Part shown: piece after piece, positions 1 through 14,913 of the stretch | How positions within the stretch are numbered: the first letter of the stretch is position 1 | How the letters are laid out: each line of letters opens with the position of its first letter | Assembly: GCA_964016885.1 (NCBI GenBank) | Contig: OZ024744.1 | Coordinates: 9,734,001 to 9,798,000 of the forward strand | DNA: 64,000 nt | DNA from: Eledone cirrhosa | Lineage: Eukaryota | Direction: 5' to 3' | The notes under the pieces: model-generated | The model's input: only the letters and a program-made list of their open reading frames with translations | What the model was told of the DNA's origin: nothing | Databases searched by the model: none | Position numbers and translations under genes: made by a program

Positions 1-1971
1 GCGGGATCAATGGACTGACATCGGACGCAGCCTCTAACCACCCCCCGAACACTGTGTCTGCTAACGTCCGAGTCGATTCTCCTGGCTAGGAACAGGCTCC
101 TATCCACCCCCATGTGGTGCATGTCATGCAACCCCTTCAGGTCTAACTCGGTCAGCCGACACACGGCAGCTATCTCATCCTCTACCTCCCCCGGCGCTTC
201 CATCCAGGCTTTCTTCACTCTAGTTAAGATGTCCGCCCTATTTTTCTCTGAAGGCACGAACACTACGCTCAGGTCGAACTCGGTGGCCAGCTCTCGTAAC
301 GTTCCCAGGCGGCGCTTTATCAGCATCTCCGCCGCGCCTCTCGTTCGCACTCTCTTCTCATTGGTGAGCACTGATCTTACCCATCCGAGTACGGTAGCCG
401 AGTCGGTGCGTATCTCGATGGTGCGCAGCCCCCACCGCAGAGCGAGGTTCACCCCTCTCAACACCGCGTCCAGCTCGGCCACATTGATGTGGCTGCAGTC
501 GTCCTTCTTTCTAAGTCAGGCTGCATCCTCGACCTCAACACCTCCTATCTCCAACGTGACACCCAGCGCTATGCTGCTGGCATCGCACCATACGGTCCCG
601 CTCCGTGATTTGGGAACGTACCAGCGTCCCCGCACTGGGTCGTCGGCCTTCACCCTCCCCACGATCTCCTGCATCATGGCCACCGTTCTCTCTCCCACTC
701 TGTCACTCCAAGTCACCCCTCCCGCTCGTCTCTTGACATAGCTGCATGCCGTCCGGAGCCACCCAGCGATCGGGTAGTGACCCACCAGCTTTCCACACAC
801 CGAGAAAAGCTCCCGCCTATTCATACTTGGGCCCAGTTCCGGAACTTCGTTTCCCCTCTGGAACACCAAAACGCCCGTCTTATCTCGCCGTAGCCTAAGT
901 CCCAGCGCGGCTCCTCCCTCCAATGCTTCTGATGGCTTCGCAGTCAGTCCATACCTCTGCAAATGGCTCGTGACCTCCGCCGTCGACACCACCGACTCGT
1001 CCACTAGGATGTCGTCAATGTAGGAGTTAGTAGCCCTCTTTATCCTGTCGGCCCTCCCCAGAGCGGTCTTGAGGACCGCCGCCATGATCTTCGGTGCGGA
1101 GCTCAGTCCGAAACCGAGCCTGGTCAGGCAATATGTCCGGCCCTAAAAACCTGACCAGCTGATACCGCCAGAGCTTCTCATCTATATGCAACTGCAAGTA
1201 AGCCGACTTTAGATCCACGATCGCGTCATGCGTCTCCACTCACGCAGGGTTTCCCCACAGACATCCGTGACCTCGCCACCCGTGTGGCATGACACGTGCT
1301 CGTTCAGCTCTCGATAGTCCAGCACCGGCCTCACCTTGCTCTTCGTGGGTTGCACCACCGCCATTAACGGAAATACTCCGCACTTCAGCTCCTCCTTCCA
1401 GGGAAGCAGTATGCCCTCTTCGATCCATCTCTCTACTTCTCGCTCCTAGCATTTCCCTTCAATGTGTGTTGATAGTAGCCCACTTTGGTCTTCAGTGTTG
1501 GTGGTTCTCCCTTCCAGTACCACTCAACAACCCATCGCTGCCCATCAAACACGGCCTTGAAGTCTTTGTCCTGTACAGTGTAAGCGGGGTATTCCTCCTC
1601 GTGAGCCTTCTGGTTCTCATGACGTGCACTCACAGCGCATACCGATGCAGCGGCGCCAAACGACACACCGACATTGTTCACCGTGACGCCCCCTAGACGG
1701 CCAATCGCGTCCATGCCCATAACCACGCCGATCCCATCCACCACACTGTCTACCACGATGGCGGAAAGCCTTATCGTCCTTCCCCGTACCGCTATTTCCA
1801 TCTCGCTGCGACCTCGGCATTCAATTTTCCTGCCGTCGACTGCCCTTACGCTGCTCTTCCCTCCCCACCTCTGCGCCACCCCCGCGGTCATCAGTGTCGT
1901 CGTACAGCCCGTATCCACGAGGGCTCGCTGTGGCTTCCCCCTCACGAAGACTTCCACCACGGGCAGCGCCG

Positions 1972-2733
1972 CTACTCGTAAGGGGCAACTACCGGCGCAG
2001 TAGTTCCCCTTGGATCGTTTCCCTGGTCGCAGTTAGTAGCGATGTGGCCTGGTCGCTTACACCGGTAGCAAATTATCTCCGGCTTCGACTCTCTACAGTC
2101 TCTAGCCATATGCGGGCCATGACACCTAAAACAGCGGCCCTTAAATTCTCGCGAACGGCCGCGTGCTGAGGTTGCCTCCCTTTGACCATTTCGCTGCCAG
2201 GTGTCCTGAGCCTCCGTAGTCGCTATCGCCGCGACACTCTTTTTGGCATCTTCCGCTATGATCCGGGCTTGTTCCACCAGTGACCGCATTTCCATCTCCT
2301 TGTACCCCGGAACTTGCTGCAGTTTCACCGCTATGTCGTCCGGAAATCCATTGATGAACGCCAACCGCACCGTGCATTCGCATTCCGCCTGGTAACCGGC
2401 CAACATAGCCAACCGCCTTATTTCCGCTGCGAAAATGTCGACGCGCTCACCATTCCACCTGATTCTCTCCAGCTTAGCAAAAGCCGCCAACGGTCCCTCG
2501 GCGAATGCATCCATCAGACGCCTCTCAATCTTCTGCACATCTCTTTGGCTGTGCTCGTCCAACTCAAGGAAGAGTACCAGCGCGTCGCCCTCGAGGTACA
2601 AGGCAATGAGTCCGGCCACGTCTTCTATCTTCTGCAAGCCCGCGACCAGCCGAACCTTCCGCAGCCAAGCGACAACATCACCTTCCCCGGTGAATGGCCT
2701 GATAGCTTCGTTCATCCGTAGTCTTGTCGCCAT
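1972..2733 (-). CDS. gag: Gag-like protein with zinc knuckles
   Basis: Intact 253-aa ORF with CFRCHGPHMARDC and CYRCKRPGHIATNC (CCHC) motifs, upstream of the protease. Confidence 0.85.
   Translation of the reverse strand: MATRLRMNEAIRPFTGEGDVVAWLRKVRLVAGLQKIEDVAGLIALYLEGDALVLFLELDEHSQRDVQKIERRLMDAFAEGPLAAFAKLERIRWNGERVDIFAAEIRRLAMLAGYQAECECTVRLAFINGFPDDIAVKLQQVPGYKEMEMRSLVEQARIIAEDAKKSVAAIATTEAQDTWQRNGQREATSARGRSREFKGRCFRCHGPHMARDCRESKPEIICYRCKRPGHIATNCDQGNDPRGTTAPVVAPYE
1980..2023 (-). promoter_or_regulatory. Programmed -1 ribosomal frameshift signal (gag-pol)
   Basis: G GGA AAC slippery heptamer (2017-2023) followed 5 nt later by the stem-loop AAGGGGAACTAC..GTAGTTGCCCCTT. The -1 frame reads GKRSKGNY..LPVVEVFVRGK straight into the protease. 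Confidence 0.75.
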
Positions 2734-3047
2734 CTTCTGATTTGTTTTGCGGCAAGTGTTTTATTTTTTTTTTTTTTTTTCAGTCGCCGAAATAGCTTGT
2801 GGTTAGAAAAAGCTATCTCACTTACTGCTTTTCACAGGCGCCGCTAAATTCCACTGCAGGTACTCCTCTTCCACGTGCGTCCGACTGCTTAACACCGGGA
2901 GCTGCCCAAAACGCGTCCTCACCGTATGCTGGTCACCACTAGAGAGAGGCCCTCTCCTGGCCCTTCCGGTCGAGCATCCTTCCGGTTAAAGACCCCTTCC
3001 GGTCGAGCACCCCCCCCCCCCCCCCCCGCACGCCACACTATACCCAC

Positions 3048-6000
3048 AACCATCTCAGTCTTGTCTCCTGTACACCACAACTTATCCCTCTTATGCACAG
3101 TTTCTCTCAACTCGTCACATGTCCATACCATCTCAGTCTTCTCACCCACACACCACAACTAATCCTTCTTATGCACAGTTTCTCTTTCAACTCCTCACAT
3201 GTCCATACCATCTCAGTCTTCTTTCCCACACACTACTACTTATCCCTCTTATACACAGTTTCTCTCTCAACACATCACATGTTCATACCATCTCTGTCTT
3301 CTCTCCCACACACCACAACTTATCCCTCTTATACACAGTTTCCCTGTCAACACATCACATGTCCATACCATCTCTGTCTTCTCTCCGGTACACAACAACT
3401 TATCCCTCTTATACACAGTTTCTCTCTCAACACATCACATGACCATACCATCTCAGTCTTGTCTCCTGTACACCACAACTTATCCCTCTTATGCACAGTT
3501 TTTCTCAACTCGTCACAGGTCCATACCATCTCAGTCTTCTCACCCACACACCACAACTAATCCTTCTTATACACAGTATGTCTCTCAACACATCACATGT
3601 CCATACCATCTCAGTCTTCTCTCCCACACACCACAACTAATTCTTCTTATACACCGTTTCTCTCTCAACTCATCACATGTCCATACCATCTAACTCTTCT
3701 CTCCCACACACTATAACTTATCCTTCTTATACACAGTTTCTCTCTCAACTCATCACATATCCATAGCATCTCAGCCGTCTCTCCCACACATCACAACTTA
3801 TCCCTCTAATACACAGTTTCTCTCTTAACGTGTCCATACCATCTCAGTCTTCTCTCCCACACACTACAACTTATCCCTCTTATACACAGTTTCTCTCTCA
3901 ACTCATCACATATCCATAGCATCTCAGCCGTCTCTCCCACACATCACAACTTATCCCTCTAATACACAATTTCTCTCTTAACGTGTCCATACCATCTCAG
4001 TCTTCTCTCCCACACACTACGACTTATCCCTCTTATACCCAATTTCTCTCTTAACACCTCACATGTCCATACCATCTCAGTCTTCTGTCCCACTCACTAC
4101 AACTTATCCCTCTTATACCCAGTTTCTCTCTCAACTCATCACATGTCCATACCATCTCAGTCTTCTCTCCCACACACCACAACTAATCCTTCTTATACAC
4201 CGTTTCTCTCTCAACTCATCACATGTCCATACCATCTAACTCTTCTCTCCCACACACTATAACTTATCCTTCTTATACACAGTTTCTCTCTCAACTCCTC
4301 ACATGTCTATACCATCTCAGTCTTCTCTCCCACACACTACTACTTATCCCTCTTATACACAGTTTCTCTCTCAACTCATCACATATCCATAGCATCTCAG
4401 CCTTCTCTCCCACACACCACAACTTATCCCTCTAATACACAGTTCCTCTCTCAACTCATCACATATCCCTACCATCTCACTCTTCTCTCCCACACACTAC
4501 AACTTATCCCTCTTATACACAGTTTCTCTCTCAACACATCACATGTCCATACCATCTCAGTCTTCTCTCCCACATACTACAACTTATCCCTCTTATACAC
4601 AGTTTCTCTCTTAACGTGTCCATACCATCTCAGTCTTCACTCCCACACACTACAACTTATCCCTCTTATACCCAGTTTCCCTTTCAACACGTCACATGTC
4701 CATACCATATCTGTCTTCTCTCCCTCACACCACAACTTATCCCTCTAATACACAGTTTCCCTCTCAACACATCACATGTCCATACCATCTCAGGCTTCTC
4801 TCCCACACACCACAACTTATCCCTCTTATAAACAGTTTCTCTCTCAACACATCACATGACCTTACCATCTCACTCTTCTCTCCCACACACCACAACTTAT
4901 CCCTCTTATGCACAGTTTCTCTCTCAACTAATCACATGTCCATACCATCTCAGTCTTCTCTCCCACACACCACAACTAATCCTTCTTATATACCATTTCT
5001 CTCTCAACTCATCACATGTCCATACCATCTAACTCTTCTCTCCCACACACTATAACTTATCCTTCTTATACACAGTTTCTCTCTCAACTCCTCACATGTC
5101 CATACCATCTCAGTCTTCTCTCCCACACACTACTACTTATCCCTCTTATACACAGTTTTTCTCTCAACTCATCACATGTCCTTACCATCACAGTCTTCTC
5201 TCCCACTCACTACAACTTATCCCTCTTATACCCAGTTTCTCTCTCAACACCTCACATGTCCATACCATCTCAGTCTTCTCTCCCACACACTATAACTTAT
5301 CCTTCTTATACACAGTTTCTCTCTCAACTCATGACATGTCCTTACCATCACAGTCTTCTCTCCCACACACCACAACTTATCCCTCTTATACACAGTTTCC
5401 CTCTCAACACATCACATGTCCATACCATCTCTGTCTTCTCTCCGGTACACCACAACTTATCCCTCTTATACCCAGTTTCTCTCTCAACACCTCACATGTC
5501 CATAACATCACAGTCTTCTCTCCCACACACCACAACTTATCCCTCTTATACACAGTTTCCCTCTCAACACATCACATGTTCATACCATCTCTGTCTTCTC
5601 TCTGGTAAACCACAACTTATCCCTCTTATGCACAGTTTCTCTCAACTCGTCACATGTCCATACCATCTCAGTCTTCTCACCCACACACCACAACTAATCC
5701 TTCTTATACACCGTTTCTCTCTCAACTCATCACATGTCCATACCATCTAACTCTTCTCTCCCACACACTACTACTTATCCCTCTTATACACAGTTTTTCT
5801 CTCAACTCATCACATGTCCTTTCCATCACAGTCTTCTCTCCCACACTCTACAACTTATCCCTCTTATACACAGTTTCTCTCTCAACTCATCACATGACCA
5901 TACCATCTCAGTCTTGTCTCCTTAAACCACAATTTATCCCTCTTATACACAGTTTCTTTCTCAAATAATCACATGTCCATACCATCTCTGTCTTCTGTCC

Positions 6001-9000
6001 CACTCACTACAAATTATCCCTCTTATACCCAGTTTCTCTCTCAACACATCACATGTCCATACCAACACAGTCTTCTCTCCCACACAGTACAACTTATCCC
6101 TCTTATGCCCAGTTTCTCTCTCAACACATGTCCATACCATCTCAGTCTTCTCTCCCACACACTACAACTTATCCCTCTTATACCCAATTTCTCTCTTAAC
6201 ACCTCACATGTCCATACCATCTCAGTCTTCTGTCCCACTCACTACAACTTATCCCTCTTATACACAGTATCTCTCTCAACACATCACATGTCCATACCGT
6301 GTCAGTCTTCTCTCCCACACACCACAACTAATCCTTCTTATACACCGTTTCTCTCTCAACTCATCACATGTCTATGCCATCTCAGTCTTCTCTCCCACAC
6401 ACTACTACTTATCCCTCTTATACACAGTTTTTCTCTCAACTCATCACATGTCCTTTCCATCACAGTCTTCTCTCCCACACTCTACAACTTATCCCTCTTA
6501 TACACAGTTTCTCTCTCAACTCATCACATATCCATAGCATCTCAGCCTTCGATCCCACACACCACAACTTATCCCTCTAATACACAGTTTCTCTCTTAAC
6601 GTGTCCATACCATCTCAGTCTTCTCTCCCACACACTACAACTTATCCATCTTATACCCAGTTTCTCTCTTAACACCTCACATGTCCATACCTTCTCAGTC
6701 TTCTCTCCCACACACCACAATTTACCCTCTTATACACAGTTTCCCTCTCAACTCATCACATATACCTACCATCTCACTCTTCTCTCCCACACACTACAAC
6801 TTATCCCTCTTATACACAGTTTCTCTCTCAACACATCACATGTCCATACCATCTCAGTCTTCTCTCCCACATACTACAACTTATCCCTCTTATACACAGT
6901 TTCTCTCTTAACGTGTCCATACCATCTCAGTCTTCTCTCCCACACACTACAACTTATCCCTCTTATACCCAGTTTCCCTCTCAACACGTCACATGTCCAT
7001 ACCATATCTGTCTTCTCTCCCTCACACCACAACTTATCCCTCTAATACACAGTTTCCCTCTCAACACATCACATGTCCATACCATCTCAGGCTTCTCTCC
7101 CACACACCACAACTTATCCCTCTTATACACAGTTTCTCTCTCAACACATCACATGACCTTACCATCTCACTCTTCTCTCCCACACACCACAACTTATCCC
7201 TCTTATGCACAGTTTCTCTCTCAACTAATCACATGTCCATACCATCTCAGTCTTCTCTCCCACACACCACAACTAATCCTTCTTATACACTGTTTCTCTC
7301 TCAACTCATCACATGTCCATACCATCTAACTCTTCTCTCCCACACACTATAACTTATCCTTCTTATACACAGTTTCTCTCTCAACTCATCACATGTCCTT
7401 AACATCACAGTCTTCTCTCCCACACACCACAACTTATCCCTCTTATACACAGTTTCCCTCTCAACACATCACATGTCCATACCATCTCTGTCTTCTCTCC
7501 GGTACACCACAACTTATCCCTCTTATACCCAGTTTCTCTCTTAACACCTCACATGTCCATACCATCTCAGTCTTCTGTCCCACTCACTACAACTTATCCC
7601 TCTTATACCCAGTTTCCCTCTCAACTCATCACATGTCCATACCATCGCAGTTTTCTCTTCCACACACCACAACTTATCCCTCTTATACACAGTTTCCCTC
7701 TCAATACATCACATGTCCATACCATCTCTGTCTTCTCTCCGGTAAACCACAACTTATCCCTCTTATGCACAGTTTCTCTCAACTCGTCACATGTCCATAC
7801 CATCTCAGTCTTCTCACCCACACACCACAACTAATCCTTCTTATACACCGTTTCTCTCTCAACTCATCAAATGTCCATACCATCTCAGTCTTCTCTCCCA
7901 CACACTACTACTTATCCCTCTTATACACAGTTTTTCTCTCAACTCATCACATGTCCTTTCCATCACAGTCTTCTCTCCCACACTCTACAACTTATCCCTC
8001 TTATACACAGTTTCTCTCTCAACTCATCACATATCCATAGAATCTCAGCCTTCTCTCCCACACACCACAACTTATCCCTCTAATACACAGTTTCTCTCTT
8101 AACGTGTCCATACCATCTCAGTCTTCTCTCCCACACACTACAACTTATCCATCTTATACCCAGTTTCTCTCTTAACACCTCACATGTCCATACCTTCTCA
8201 CTCTTCTCTCCCACACACCACAACTTTTCCCTCTTATACACAGTTTCCCTCTCAACTCATCACATATCCCTACCATCTCACTCTTCTCTCCCACATACTA
8301 CAACTTATCCCTCTTATACACAGTTTCTCTCTTAACGTGTCCATACCATCTCAGTCTTCACTCCCACACACTACAACTTATCCCTCTTATACCCAGTTTC
8401 CCTTTCAACACGTCACATGTCCATACCATATCTGTCTTCTCTCCCTCACACCACAACTTATCCCTCTAATACACAGTTTCCCTCTCAACACATCACATGT
8501 CCATACCATCTCAGGCTTCTCTCCCACACACCACAACTTATCCCTCTTATACACAGTTTCTCTCTCAACACATCACATGACCTTACCATCTCACCCTTCT
8601 CTCCCACACACCACAACTTATCCCTCTTATGCACAGTTTCTCTCTCAACTAATCACATGTCCATACCATCTCAGTCTTCTCTCCCACACACCACAACTAA
8701 TCCTTCTTATACACCGTTTCTCTCTCAACTCATCACATGTCCATTCCATCTAACTCTTCTCTCCCACACACTATAACTTATCCTTCTTATACACAGTTTC
8801 TCTCTCAACTCATCACATGTCCTTACCATCACAGGCTTCTCTCCGGTACACCACAACTCATCCCTCTTATACCCAGTTTCTCTCTTAACACCTCACATGT
8901 CCATACCATCTCAGTCTTCTGTCCCACTCACTACAACTTATCCCTCTTATACCCAGTTTCCCTCTCAACTCATCACATGTCCATACCATCGCAGTTTTCT

Positions 9001-12000
9001 CTTCCACACACCACAACTTATCCCTCTTATACACAGTTTCCCTCTCAATACATCACATGTCCATACCATCTCTGTCTTCTCTCCGGTAAACCACAACTTA
9101 TCCCTCTTATGCACAGTTTCTCTCAACTCGTCACATGTCCATACCATCTCAGTCTTCTCACCCACACACCACAACTAATCCTTCTTATATACCGTTTCTC
9201 TCTCAACTCATCACATGTCCATATCATCTAACTCTTCTCTCCCACACACTACTACTTATCCCTCTTATACACAGTTTTTCTCTCAACTCATCACATGTCC
9301 TTTCCATCACAGTCTTCTCTCCCACACTCTACAACTTATCCCTCTTATACACAGTTTCTCTCTCAACTCATCACATGACCATACCATCTCAGTCTTGTCT
9401 CCTTAAACCACAATTTATCCCTCTAATACACAGTTTCTTTCTCAAATAATCACATGTCCATACCATCTCTGTCTTCTGTCCCACTCACTACAACTTATCC
9501 CTCTTATACCCAGTTTCTCTCTCAACACATCACATGTCCATACCAACACAGTCTTCTCTCCCACACAGTACAACTTATCCCTCTTATGACCAGTTTCTCT
9601 CTCAACACATGTCCATACCATCTCAGTCTTCTCTCCTGCACAGTTTCCCACTCAGCACATCACCTGTCCATACCATCTAACTCTTCTCTCCCACGCACCA
9701 TAACTTATCGCTCTTATACACAGTTTCACTCAACTCATCACATGTCCATACCATCTCAGTCTTCTCTCCCACACACCACAACTTATCCCTCTTATACACA
9801 GTTTCTCTCTCAACTCATCACATGTCCATACCATCGCAGTCTTCTCTCTTGCACACCACAAATTATCCCTCTTATACCCAGTGTCTCTCTCAACACATCA
9901 CATGTCCATACCATCTCAGTCTTCTCTTCCACACACTACAACTTATCCCTCTTATACCCAGATTTTCTCTTAACTCATCACATGTTCATACCATCTCAGT
10001 CTTCTTGCCTGCACACCACAACTTATCCCACTTATACACAGTTTCTCTCTTAACTCATCACATGTCCATACCATCTCAGTTTTCTCTCCCACACACCACA
10101 ACTTATCCCTCTCATACACAGTTTCTCTCTCAGCACATCACATGTCCATACCATCTCAGTCTCCTCTCCCACACACCACAACTTATCACTCTTATACACA
10201 GTTTCCCTTCCAACTCGTTACATGTCCATACCATCTCAGTCTTCTCTCCCATATCGTCCTTATACACCGTTTCTCTCTCAACTCATCACATGTCCATACC
10301 ATCTCACTTTTCTCTCCCACACACTACAACTTATCCCTCTTATACACAGTTTCTCTCTCAACTCATCACATGTCCGTACCATCTCAGTCTTCTCTCCCAC
10401 ACACCGCAACTAATCCTTCTTATATACTGTTTCTCTCTCAACTCATCACATGTCCATAACATCTCAGTCTTCTCTCCCACACACCACAACTTATCCCTCT
10501 TATACACAGTTTCTCTCTCAGCACATCACATGTCCATACCATCTCAGTCTCCTCTCCCACACACCACAACTTATCACTCTTATACACAGTTTCCCTTCCA
10601 ACTCGTTACATGTCCATACCATCTCTGTCTTCGCTCCCATATCGCCCTTATACACCGTTTCTTTCTCAACTCATCACATGTCCATAACATCTCAGTCTTC
10701 TCTCCCACATACCACAACTTATCCCTCTTATACACAGTTTCTCTCTCAGCACATCACATGTCCATACCATCTCAGTCTCCTCTCCCACACACCACAACTT
10801 ATCACTCTTATACACAGTTTCCCTTCCAACTCGTTACATGTCCATACCATCTCAGTCTTCTCTCCCACACACTACTACTTATCCCTCTTATTCACAGGTT
10901 TTCTCTCAACTCATCACATGTTCTTATTATCTCAGTCTTCTCTCCCACACACTACAACTTACCCCTCTTATACACAGTTTCCCTCCGAACACATCACATG
11001 TCCAAACCATCGCAGTCTTCTCTCCCACACACCACAACTTATCCCTCTTATACACAGTTTCTCTCTCAACCCATCACATGTCCATACTATCGCAGTCTTC
11101 TCTCCTGCACACCACAACTTATCCCTCTTATACCCAGTTCCTCTCTCAACATATGACATGTCCATACCATCTCAGCCTTCTCTCTCACACACTACAAATT
11201 ATCCCTCTTCTACAAAGTTTCTCTGTCAACTCATCACATGGCCATACCATCTCGGTCTTCTCTCCCACACACTACAACTTATCCCTCTTATACAGTGTTT
11301 CTCTCTTAACACATTACATGTCGATACCATCTCAGTCATCTCTCCTGTACACCACAACTTATCCCCCTTATACACAGTTTTTCTCTCAACTCATCACATG
11401 TCCATACCATCTCAGTCTTCTCGCCTGCACACCACAACTTATCCCTCTTATACACAGTTTTTCTCTCAACAAATCACATGTCCATACCATCTCAGTCTTC
11501 TCTCCCACACACTACAACTTATCCCTCTTATACACAGTCTCTCTCTCAACTCATCACATGTCCATAGCATCTCAGTTTTCTCTCCTCTACACCACAATTT
11601 ATTCCACTTGTACACAGTCTCTCTCAACTCATCACATGTCCATACCATCGCAGTTTTCTCGCCTGCACACCACAACTTATCCCTCTTATACACAGTTTCT
11701 CTCTCAACTCATCACATGTCCATACCATCTCAGTCTTCTCTTCCACACACTACAACTAATCCCTCTTATACCCAGTTTTTCTCTTACATCATCACATGTC
11801 CAAACCATCTCAGTTTTCTCTCCCACACACCACAACTTATCCCTCTTATACACAGTTTCTCTCTCAGCACATCACATGTCCATACCATCTCAGTCTCCTC
11901 TCCCACACACCACAACTTATCACTCTTATACACTGTTTCCCTTCCAACTCGTTACATGTCCATACCATCTCAGTCTTCTCTCCCACACACTATAAACTTA

Positions 12001-14457
12001 TCCCTCTTATACACAGTTTCTCTCTCAACATATCACATGTCCATACCATCTCAGTCTTCTCTCCCACACACTACTACTTATCCCTCTTATACACAGGTTT
12101 TCTCTCAACTCATCACATGTCCTTACCATCTCAGTCTTCTCTCCCACACACTACAACTTACCCCTCTTATACACAGTTTCCCTCCCAACACATCACATGT
12201 CCAAACCATCGCAGTCTTCACTCCCACACACCACAACTTATCCCTCTTATACACAGTTTCTCTCTCAACTCATCACATGTCCATACCATCGCAGTCTTCT
12301 CTCCTGCACACCACAACTTATCCCTCTTATACCCACTTCCTCTCTCAACATATGACATGTCCATACTATCTCAGCCTTCTCTCCCACACACTACAACTTA
12401 TCCCTCTTATACACAGTTTCTCTCTCAACTCATCACATGGCCATACCATCTCGGTCTTCTCTCCCACACACTACAACTTATCCCTCTTATACAGTGTTTC
12501 TCTCTTAACACATTACATGTCGATACCATCTCAGTCTTCTCGCCTGCACACCACAACTTATCCCTCTTATACACAGTTTTTCTCTGAACACATCACATGT
12601 CGATACCATCTCAGTCTTCTCTCCCACACACTACAACTTATCCCTCTTATACACAGTCTCTCTCTCAACTCATCACATGTCCATAGCATCTCAGTTTTCT
12701 CTCCTCTATACCACAATTTATCCCACTTGTACACAGTCTCTCTCAACTCATCACATGTCCATACCATCGCAGTTTTCTCGCTTGCACACCACAACTTATC
12801 CCTCTTATACACAGTTTCTCTCTCAACTCATCACATGTCCATACCATCTCAGTCTTCTCTTCCACACACTACAACTTATCCCTCTTATACACAGTTTCTC
12901 TCTCAACTCATCACATGTCCATACCATCTCAGTCTTCTCTCCCACACACTACAACTTATCCCTCTCATACTTAGTTTCTTTCCCAACACATCACATGTCC
13001 AAACCATCTCAGTCTTCTCTCCCACACTCCACAACTTATCCCTCTTATACACAGTTTCTCTCTCAGCACATCACATGTCCATACCATCTCAGTCTCCTCT
13101 CCCACACACCACAACTTATCACTCTTATACACAGTTTCCCTTCCAACTCGTTACATGTCCATACCATCTCAGTCTTCCCTCCCATATCGTCCTTATACAC
13201 CGTTTCTCTCTGAACACATCACATGTCGATACCATCTCAGTCTTCTCTCCCACACACTACAACTTATCCCTCTTATACACAGTCTCTCTCTCAACTCATC
13301 ACATGTCCATAGCATCTCAGTTTTCTCTCCTCTATACCACAATTTATCCCACTTGTACACAGTCTCTCTCAACTCATCACATGTCCATACCATCGCAGTT
13401 TTCTCGCTTGCACACCACAACTTATCCCTCTTATACACAGTTTCTCTCTCAACTCATCACATGTCCATACCATCTCAGTCTTCTCTTCCACACACTACAA
13501 CTTATCCCTCTTATACACAGTTTCTCTCTCAACTCATCACATGTCCATACCATCTCAGTCTTCTCTCCCACACACTACAACTTATCCCTCTCATACTTAG
13601 TTTCTTTCCCAACACATCACATGTCCAAACCATCTCAGTCTTCTCTCCCACACTCCACAACTTATCCCTCTTATACACAGTTTCTCTCTCAGCACATCAC
13701 ATGTCCATACCATCTCAGTCTCCTCTCCCACACACCACAACTTATCACTCTTATACACAGTTTCCCTTCCAACTCGTTACATGTCCATACCATCTCAGTC
13801 TTCCCTCCCATATCGTCCTTATACACCGTTTCTCTCTCAACTCATCACATGTCCATACCATCTCACTCTTCTCTCCCACACACTACAACTTATCCCTCTT
13901 ATACACAGTTTCTCTCTCAACTCATCACATGTCCGTCCCATCTGTCTTCTCTCCCACACACCGCAACTAATCCTTCTTTTACACCGTTTCTCTCTCAACT
14001 CATCACATGTCCATAACATCTCAGTCTTCTCTCCCACACACTACAACTTATCCCTCTTATACACAGTTTCTCTCTCAGCACATCACATGTCCATACCATC
14101 TCAGTTTCCTCTCCCACACACCACAACTTATCACTCTTATACACAGTTTCCCTTCCAACTCGTTACATGTCCATACCATCTCAGTCTTCTCTCCCATATC
14201 GTCCTTATACACCGTTTCTCTCTCAACTCATCACATGTCCATACCATCTCACTCTTCTCTCCCACACACCCCAACTTATTCCTCATATACCCAGTTTCTC
14301 TCTCAACACATCACATGTCCATACCATATCAGTCTTCTATCCCACACACTACAACTTATCCCTCTTATACACAGTTTCTTTCTTAACTCATCACATGTCC
14401 ATACCATCTCAGTCTTCTCTCCCACACACTACAACTTATCCCTCTTATACACAGTTT
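3048..14457. repeat. 80-bp satellite (about 140 units) derived from RTE LINE ORF2
   Basis: Unit ACATGTCCATACCATCTCAGTCTTCTCTCCCACACACCACAACTTATCCCTCTTATACACAGTTTCTCTCTCAACTCATC. The minus strand translates as DELREKLCIRGISCGVWERRLRWYGHV. Confidence 0.97.
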
Positions 14458-14913
14458 TTTAGGAGATTAGTATCGGTGTACATATAACATAAAAAAGACA
14501 GTAAATACCGGTGTCTGTGTTATAATAATGTTTTTACTTCATGGAAGTCAAAGGTATTAAATATTAAGGATTTGTTACCCGATGGTCATAACTCGAGGCT
14601 GAAGTTGGTAGAGAAAAGAAGAGATCTTTTCTAGCTGGTATTGACATCTTAGGCTCTCAGGCTGCAAGTTGCATTGTTCTTGGTAGCGAAGGATTATCAA
14701 GAAGGAATCATCGCAAGCTAAGGTCGCAGGTGTTACCACTTCAGAAATCAGGAGGCAAGAGGGAGATATCATGGTAACCTGTTACTTTTATAGGAGGTGA
14801 CCGGAAGTGACCAACAGGGAGTCTGTCAATCGCAAAGGGAAGCAACTCCAGCTACTTCCTGTCTAGAGAGCGGTGATGAGATTGTCATGACAAGGGAGGG
14901 AACTCTTGCTACA
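14458..14913 (-). repeat. 3' LTR
   Basis: Direct repeat of 19431-19886. Starts TGTAGC on the minus strand and is preceded by purine-rich GGCGGGAGATAA. Confidence 0.93.

Larger units (their letters stand above)
1..2940 (-). mobile_element. Ty3/Gypsy-like LTR retrotransposon, frameshift-degraded pol, runs off the window start
   Basis: Minus-strand order gag (1972-2733), protease (ALVDTG, 1433-1960), RT (VDLKSAYLQ; YIDD, 516-1239), RNase H (WCDASS..EDAA). A short PBS-like TGGTGACC lies near 2931-2938. No clear paired LTR is visible. Confidence 0.9.

Noticed and set aside
2940-3045. 5' LTR of the first Gypsy element with CCTTCCGGT repeats and poly-C
   Set aside because: No TG..CA termini, TSD or partner LTR are visible, so it cannot be called.
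10450-14016. 1188-aa ORF and many other His/Ser/Thr-rich ORFs in 3093-14487 and 20457-23112
   Set aside because: By-product of a G-poor 80-bp unit that lacks stops on the + strand; it is antisense to the RTE frame and there is no evidence of a gene.
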